In this document: positions 58,949 to 64,000 of the stretch, one piece after another
Layout: each line of letters begins with the position of its first letter
How positions within the stretch are numbered: position 1 is the first letter of the stretch
Assembly: GCA_038108555.1 (NCBI GenBank)
Contig: JAYNIA010000001.1
Location: 139,505-203,504, forward strand
Source: Nitrospinota bacterium
GTDB taxonomy: Bacteria; Nitrospinota; Nitrospinia; Nitrospinales; VA-1
Direction of reading: 5' to 3'
DNA: 64,000 nt
The notes under the pieces: generated by a model
Database searches by the model: none
What the model was told of the DNA's origin: nothing
The model's input: only the letters and a program-made list of their open reading frames with translations
Translations under genes and position numbers: made by a program

Positions 58949-59784
58949 TTTTTCTGGATAAATTTAAAAAAGCGGTTTCACCGCTCTACAATAATCCCTT
59001 TGGCGATTTCCTGAGAGCCAAATTTCAAATACGTCCTCCCCGGTTCGTCCGGCCCCTTTCTGGCGCAGAAACCATAAGCGATTTATTTGTATGGCGGGTA
59101 GATGAGATTTGGGAGACCCGGTATACCCTCATGAACCTGCCATCCTATATTTTCCCGGACCAGGCAGAGACAGACCATGCGACCCTGATTACCTACAACG
59201 AAGACGGAAATGAAATTTACAGGAACAACTTCGAACTCAAACCTTTTGAATGTCAGAAAACTGATATCAGGGATTTGTTGCAAGGCAAAACAGGCCAAGG
59301 AACTTTTGCCTGTTTCCATTCCGCAGGAACTCTGGACAAAATACAAAAAGCAGGATGTTACCTCACCGACCGTCAATACGTTTCTTATTCCTGGAAGGGA
59401 GACAACTTTTGCAATTTTGTCCACGGAAATATTTATGGTTTGTCAAAATCACCTTTTCAAAATAAAACCCGGGCACTCGTCCCCTGGCAGGGGAAAATGG
59501 AAAATTACAGACCTCAATTACGATTTGATGACTGTGATCGATTCGAATTGGTTTATTCGAATCCTTCTGAAAAACCCCTGAAAGTGGAGGTTCGATTATT
59601 TGATTCAAACTGGAGGGAAAAGGAGATCCATGAAATTTTAATCCCCATCAAAGGGGTAAAAGTTTTGGAATTTAATAACCCCTCAAGGGAACTGGTATTC
59701 ATAGAAAATCAAAGCAGGATAGGATTGTGCCGGCCGGTTATTTTTAAACATTATGAATCCTTCTTTGATGTTCTCCATAGCTAG
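58945..59784 (+). CDS. Hypothetical protein
   Basis: ATG 58945 overlaps previous stop (ATGA); CFHS, FVHGN, FDVLHS; family not recognised. Confidence 0.75.
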   Translation: MIFLDKFKKAVSPLYNNPFGDFLRAKFQIRPPRFVRPLSGAETISDLFVWRVDEIWETRYTLMNLPSYIFPDQAETDHATLITYNEDGNEIYRNNFELKPFECQKTDIRDLLQGKTGQGTFACFHSAGTLDKIQKAGCYLTDRQYVSYSWKGDNFCNFVHGNIYGLSKSPFQNKTRALVPWQGKMENYRPQLRFDDCDRFELVYSNPSEKPLKVEVRLFDSNWREKEIHEILIPIKGVKVLEFNNPSRELVFIENQSRIGLCRPVIFKHYESFFDVLHS

Positions 59785-59886
59785 CCTTTCAAAACATCAA
59801 AAAACACACCCCCCCTGCGAAATCATCGATATAATTTTTTTTAATATTTGGGAGAGACGATAAGATATTTCCCTCAAGAAAGGAAA

Positions 59887-60732
59887 CTAGGATCGTCGAA
59901 AAATATGGTTATAAACAGAAGAATACTCAGTGTTATCAAACAAAGCCGAATGTTGCTTTGAACAGAGTTTCAACCCCGCATTTTCTAAAATTGAAATCAC
60001 CGTGTTTGATATCTCAGGCTGGCTTTCATCCAGCTCAACCAATATGGACTTTAATCGTATATCATTAAGGGTTTCTACTGCGCCTTCCACGATTTGTTTT
60101 TCTATCCCATCCACATCGATCTTGATATAAGTTGGAAATTTTGGGTCAAACCTTTTGATAAATTCATCAATCGTAAATCCAATCATTCCCTGCTTAAATT
60201 TTGGAGAAAATGATTGACCTTTCCAGTCGGTGGCCTTTGAAAAAGAATGCAAGGCTGATCCGATTTCAGTGTTACTCATAAAAAAATGATCTAATTGGGT
60301 TACATCATTGAAAGCAATGCCAAACGAGGTGATTTTGTTTTCAAGTTGATTGATTTCAATATTGCGGTTCAATAAATAAAAATTTGGCGCCGCAGGTTCG
60401 AATGCCAACACCTCAATTCTCTTTTTTAACCCTGCGTATAAAGAATAAATTCCGATATTAGCGCCAATATCCCAGAAGACAGCGTTTTCCTCGAAATCAT
60501 CTATCCACTCAAGGGTTTCCGGTTCTTTGGTAAAAAAAGTTTCCGCACGATAAATTGGAAGACGACCCGGGCAATAAAGACGAAGATTCCCGTTTTTTGT
60601 TTTTATAGGGATTTGGGGGGTCAATTCTTCAACTAATGCCGTTGAAATCTTGGCCTCTGATTTTCCTGCCAATTTTAACCCAGCCTTTATAAAACAAATC
60701 AAAAACTTAAAAACATTCTGTTTTAGAGACAT
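59887..60732 (-). CDS. FkbM-family methyltransferase
   Basis: KEPETLEWI, WDIGANIG, AFEP, IKIDVDGIE. Confidence 0.92.
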   Translation of the reverse strand: MSLKQNVFKFLICFIKAGLKLAGKSEAKISTALVEELTPQIPIKTKNGNLRLYCPGRLPIYRAETFFTKEPETLEWIDDFEENAVFWDIGANIGIYSLYAGLKKRIEVLAFEPAAPNFYLLNRNIEINQLENKITSFGIAFNDVTQLDHFFMSNTEIGSALHSFSKATDWKGQSFSPKFKQGMIGFTIDEFIKRFDPKFPTYIKIDVDGIEKQIVEGAVETLNDIRLKSILVELDESQPEISNTVISILENAGLKLCSKQHSALFDNTEYSSVYNHIFRRS

Positions 60733-60855
60733 TAAGAAGAATTATGGATTAGAAATTAAAAATAAATTGAGGAGTAAGGGTATTGGTTTTCGGCAAAAAA
60801 AACAAAGATAATATACCAAAAATAATTACCCAAAATAAATTTGAAAGATTATTGT

Positions 60856-61233
60856 TCAATTATGCATTTGCTTGCGGAGGCTAAAGGGCCTGGCATCCAA
60901 AACCAGGTTCTCCTCTTTCCCGGCATCATCCAAAGTAACCCGATTTTTAAAAATTCGCGTTACCCGTTTTCCCCCAATAAAATCTCCTTCAATATAGTTT
61001 TGACCACTGATGGTCGCAACTTTTCTCCCCTTTAAAGTTATTATTGCCTCAAGCTTAAGGGTTTGTGGAGTTTCTTTTGGGATATTGTCTTTAGAATAAA
61101 CCCCTCTTGGCAAATCAAAGGGATTGAGGCGCTCCATGGGCTTTTCATCTACAGATTTAATTTCCTCTGCAGATATAATTTCCCCTGCTAGAAAAAAAAA
61201 TAAAATGGTTGGAAGTATTTTGAAAAAATCCAT
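60856..61233 (-). CDS. Exported pilus-assembly accessory protein (PilP/MshK-like)
   Basis: Signal-like N-terminus, NPF motif, LKLEAII..VATISG..EGD..VTRI..V beta-domain; downstream of pilMN/pilO-like genes. Confidence 0.6.
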   Translation of the reverse strand: MDFFKILPTILFFFLAGEIISAEEIKSVDEKPMERLNPFDLPRGVYSKDNIPKETPQTLKLEAIITLKGRKVATISGQNYIEGDFIGGKRVTRIFKNRVTLDDAGKEENLVLDARPFSLRKQMHN

Positions 61234-61282
61234 GGTTTTCAAAAAAGATCCCCTTTTCCCGTTAATAACCGAGGAGACTTCA

Positions 61283-61871
61283 TTATAAAACCATAACTTT
61301 CAAATGAAGGCGGGACTCCACTTTGGGTAGAATTTTTTCCACCCTTTTGGTTTCTATACTTTCAATATCAATTACTGCATTCGATTCTGCAAGACTGGCA
61401 ATAAACTTTTTTAAAGCATCGAAATCACTTTCCATTTCCATAATTAACGAAACTTCTTTCAGTCGCAACCCTCTTCGGTTGACATATTTTTCGCTCGTTC
61501 GCATGGATTTCAGAAAAACCCCGTAGAAATCGGCTTCATCCTGAAGGTCGTCAAGGATCTCGGTATCCTGCCCTTTTAACCGTTTCTTGGCCTTTTCAAT
61601 TTTTTCCCCTAACTCAGAAATTTCCCCTTTAATTTTTTCGATTTTTTTCCGGGTTTTTTTTTACCTTGGCCGGATTTTTCATCAGTTGCTGAAAGGCACC
61701 CAAAGAAGATTGAACTTGAACTAAATCAGTTTTAAGTTTCTTCAGTTTGTTTTTTTGCACTGTATATTCAAACTCGTAATAACTATAGGTAACGGCAAAC
61801 ACAAAAGTAAAAGCTATAATCAGCTTTTCTCTCATGCTCAGGTTTTTTAAATCTGAGGAATCCAGGGCCAT
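61283..61871 (-). pseudogene. pilO: PilO/GspM-like gene split by a single-base frameshift (phase variant, slippage site or sequencing error)
   Basis: ORF 61871-61629 (LSMREK + TM + coiled coil) joins the frame of ORF 61504-61283 if one A is removed from the A9 run (61654-61662), giving 195 aa. Confidence 0.75.
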
Positions 61872-61888
61872 TTTTTTATCCTTTAAAT

Positions 61889-63685
61889 TCAGCTAGTCAA
61901 TTCAGGGAAAACGAATAACTCAAAATGCAATCCAGGAGTGTTGTAAGAATCATCTTCCAAAGGTTTTGACTGAATCAATTTTACTTCTTCAAATATGGGA
62001 GAACTTTTCAAATCCTGCAATAAAAACCTTAATGTACTTTGTGTTTTGAGGGCGCTACCGAAAATTTGTCCTTTAACCCTAACCCGCTCCCGGCCTGTCA
62101 AATCAACTTCCCCTTTTTCGGCCAGGTTTTCTTCCTGGTTTTCTTCTTCTTCACTTCCAGATGCAGCAAAAAAGATTTCAGATATTGAGGTGTTTTCCTG
62201 GACCACAAGGCCGATTTCACTGTAAATTTCCTGAAATTTGAACGGGAAAGGAGTGGCCCCGGGAATGGATCTCATTTCTATATTTAATTCCTTTTTCGCT
62301 TTTTCGAGGGCTTTTAATTCCTTGGCAGGTTTTTCAAGCTCTGGGACCTGTATCTGTAATTTTGCCAACTCGATTTGCTGAGTGCTCAACGCTGCCTGGT
62401 GGGTTACCACCTCTTGCCTTAAATTGGTGCTGTAAGAATAAAGCATTGCCCCAATCAAAAATACCGCCGCTACCGGAGCCAGCTTTGCCAACAATTTTTT
62501 TAACGAAGGCCGGTATTTATCCGGAAGAATATTGATCTTATCGCATTGCCCCAAGGCCAAACCTGCCGCAGCAGTCAGACTGGGACCATAAAGCTTCATA
62601 TTCTCTTTTGAAATCGATTCATCTTCCGAATCCGCCTGAAAAAATGGGTTACAACGGTCGATTTCAAGATCAAGATTTTCTTTTAAATACTGGTAAAGAC
62701 CGCTCAGCCCAACTCCACCCCCTGAAAGTATCAATCGATCCACCGAGTCCTTGCGGTACTGGTTTTTAAAATATTCAATCGACCGATCCATTTCAGTCAC
62801 CTGTTTTTCAAGGATAGGTTCCAGTTTTTCCCGAACCAAACTGAGGGGGATATCCTCTTCGGTCTTCCCCTTGGCATCTTCGGCAGGAAAACCAAAGGTT
62901 TTTTTAATTTGTTCCGCCCGCACGGTATCAATAATTGCGGTTTTACCGTTTTCCAGTTCGTATTCACCGACAAGGGAAGCGGTTAAATTTTTTCCACCAT
63001 TGGGAATTTCCCGAGAGAACAGTATTTGCCCATCGCAAACGAAATAAATCCGGGTTCTTTCCGACCCCATATCGACATAACTGGTAACCACACCCGGATC
63101 AATCTTATTGAGAGCGGCATCGTAGTCCCACAATGCTATGGGAACCACAGTGACCCCTTTGGGTTGAAGTCCTGCTGCCTTTGCAATGGAGACCAGAAAC
63201 TCGACCACATCACCACGCACAATGACGCTCAACATTTCGTACAAAGTAGCGCCGTCCTGCACCGATTCAGCCATGATATAGTTATCTATAACCGCTTTTT
63301 CAAGATCAAAAAGCACTTCCTCCTTGGCGTTCCATTTGGCCGCATCTATTAATTCTTCCTGCGGCATTTTTGGAAGGGTCGCGTTGCGAATAATTACGTT
63401 GTGTCCGGTAATGGAAAGATACACCTGCTTGCCTTTGATTTTTGCATCGGCAAACATTTGCTTGATGAAATCCCCGAGCAGAGTCGCCCGGTCTTTTTGT
63501 TGAAGAATGGAAGCTGGAATTTCCTTGATGGCAAATTTAGTGATCTGAAATCCCTTTTTCGTAGGAACCAGTTCGACCACCTTGATATCGTGAAATCCAA
63601 TATCAAGACCAATGCTTTTTTTGCCAAGTTTGGTATTGCTTTTGGCAGTTTTATTATTTGCGGATGTAGGAAGCTTCAGTTTCAT
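61889..63685 (-). CDS. pilM: Type IV pilus assembly PilM with fused PilN-like C-terminus
   Basis: IGLDIG..IKVVEL, VDMGSERT, ILSGGG, CNPF, AAGLAL; then INILP, TM helix, coiled coil and ferredoxin-like tail. Confidence 0.85.
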   Translation of the reverse strand: MKLKLPTSANNKTAKSNTKLGKKSIGLDIGFHDIKVVELVPTKKGFQITKFAIKEIPASILQQKDRATLLGDFIKQMFADAKIKGKQVYLSITGHNVIIRNATLPKMPQEELIDAAKWNAKEEVLFDLEKAVIDNYIMAESVQDGATLYEMLSVIVRGDVVEFLVSIAKAAGLQPKGVTVVPIALWDYDAALNKIDPGVVTSYVDMGSERTRIYFVCDGQILFSREIPNGGKNLTASLVGEYELENGKTAIIDTVRAEQIKKTFGFPAEDAKGKTEEDIPLSLVREKLEPILEKQVTEMDRSIEYFKNQYRKDSVDRLILSGGGVGLSGLYQYLKENLDLEIDRCNPFFQADSEDESISKENMKLYGPSLTAAAGLALGQCDKINILPDKYRPSLKKLLAKLAPVAAVFLIGAMLYSYSTNLRQEVVTHQAALSTQQIELAKLQIQVPELEKPAKELKALEKAKKELNIEMRSIPGATPFPFKFQEIYSEIGLVVQENTSISEIFFAASGSEEEENQEENLAEKGEVDLTGRERVRVKGQIFGSALKTQSTLRFLLQDLKSSPIFEEVKLIQSKPLEDDSYNTPGLHFELFVFPELTS

Positions 63686-63904
63686 GAACGGAATATCGAG
63701 ACGTTAACAAATTCATCTTAACCTTAAAATTATCGCATAAAAACAAGCTTTCCCACAAGGGGTTTTATGGCGAAAACCATTGATTTATATGGAGAAATTT
63801 AACCCGAAAGAAAGAGTTTGAAAATGGAAACCGGAAATTAAGAGAAGGATAAAGAGGGGGAAAAAATCGTTTTACTCAGGATAAAGGAAGAGTTCTGTAG
63901 AAAA

Positions 63905-64000
63905 TTATTCCGACCAGGCCGGGAGAACATCCAGCCCACATTGTTGGATTGCCGTGGTATCGCTTCCTGAGTCATCCGCAAAAATCAGGGTGGCGTTGTT
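63905..64000 (-). CDS. 3' end of an unidentified CDS entering from the window edge
   Basis: Open frame NNATLIFADDSGSDTTAIQQCGLDVLPAWSE* with higher GC than the adjacent intergenic DNA. Confidence 0.45.
   Translation of the reverse strand, partial: NNATLIFADDSGSDTTAIQQCGLDVLPAWSE

Noticed and set aside
1199..63721. Many short antisense or alternate-frame ORFs in the track
   Set aside because: They overlap longer, motif-supported genes and look like shadow ORFs.
1..64000. CRISPR arrays, tRNA/rRNA genes, IS elements, prophage
   Set aside because: No repeat-spacer periodicity, RNA-gene-like segments, or transposase/integrase/phage ORFs were seen by eye.
1..64000. Taxonomic assignment (a Nitrospinota-like host seemed plausible)
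   Set aside because: No marker gene in the window; this is an impression only.

Overview
AT-rich bacterial window occupied almost entirely (about 1-60.7 kb) by one very large, mosaic surface-glycan biosynthesis and tailoring locus. It abuts a type IV pilus/MSHA-like assembly block at the right end (pilM-pilN-like fusion, frameshifted pilO-like gene, pilP/mshK-like gene). Pathway content: a legionaminic-acid-type (possibly 8-epi-Leg) cassette; a second four-domain NeuB; four CMP-ulosonate synthetase-like genes; a WbuXYZ/PtmG-type amidotransferase trio; a GmhA/E1-alpha-beta/reversed-HldE module for a branched or higher-carbon sugar; and a PglK/MsbA-like exporter. Tailoring content: seven radical SAM enzymes (five with B12-binding-type N-termini, two SPASM/Twitch), four conventional methyltransferases, a 2OG-Fe(II) oxygenase-like gene, APS kinase, two PAPS-type sulfotransferases and an ASST-type sulfotransferase. 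I could not recognise canonical GT2/GT4 transferases or wzx/wzy/wzm/wzt; orphan GT-B-like proteins sit beside the activating enzymes instead. Strongest novelty candidates: the radical-SAM-dense glycan tailoring system, and a coupled ASST + Tyr-bearing micro-membrane protein + PAPS sulfotransferase cassette that may be a trans-envelope sulfate relay. No rRNA, tRNA, CRISPR or transposase was seen. All product calls come from motif recognition by eye, not database searches.
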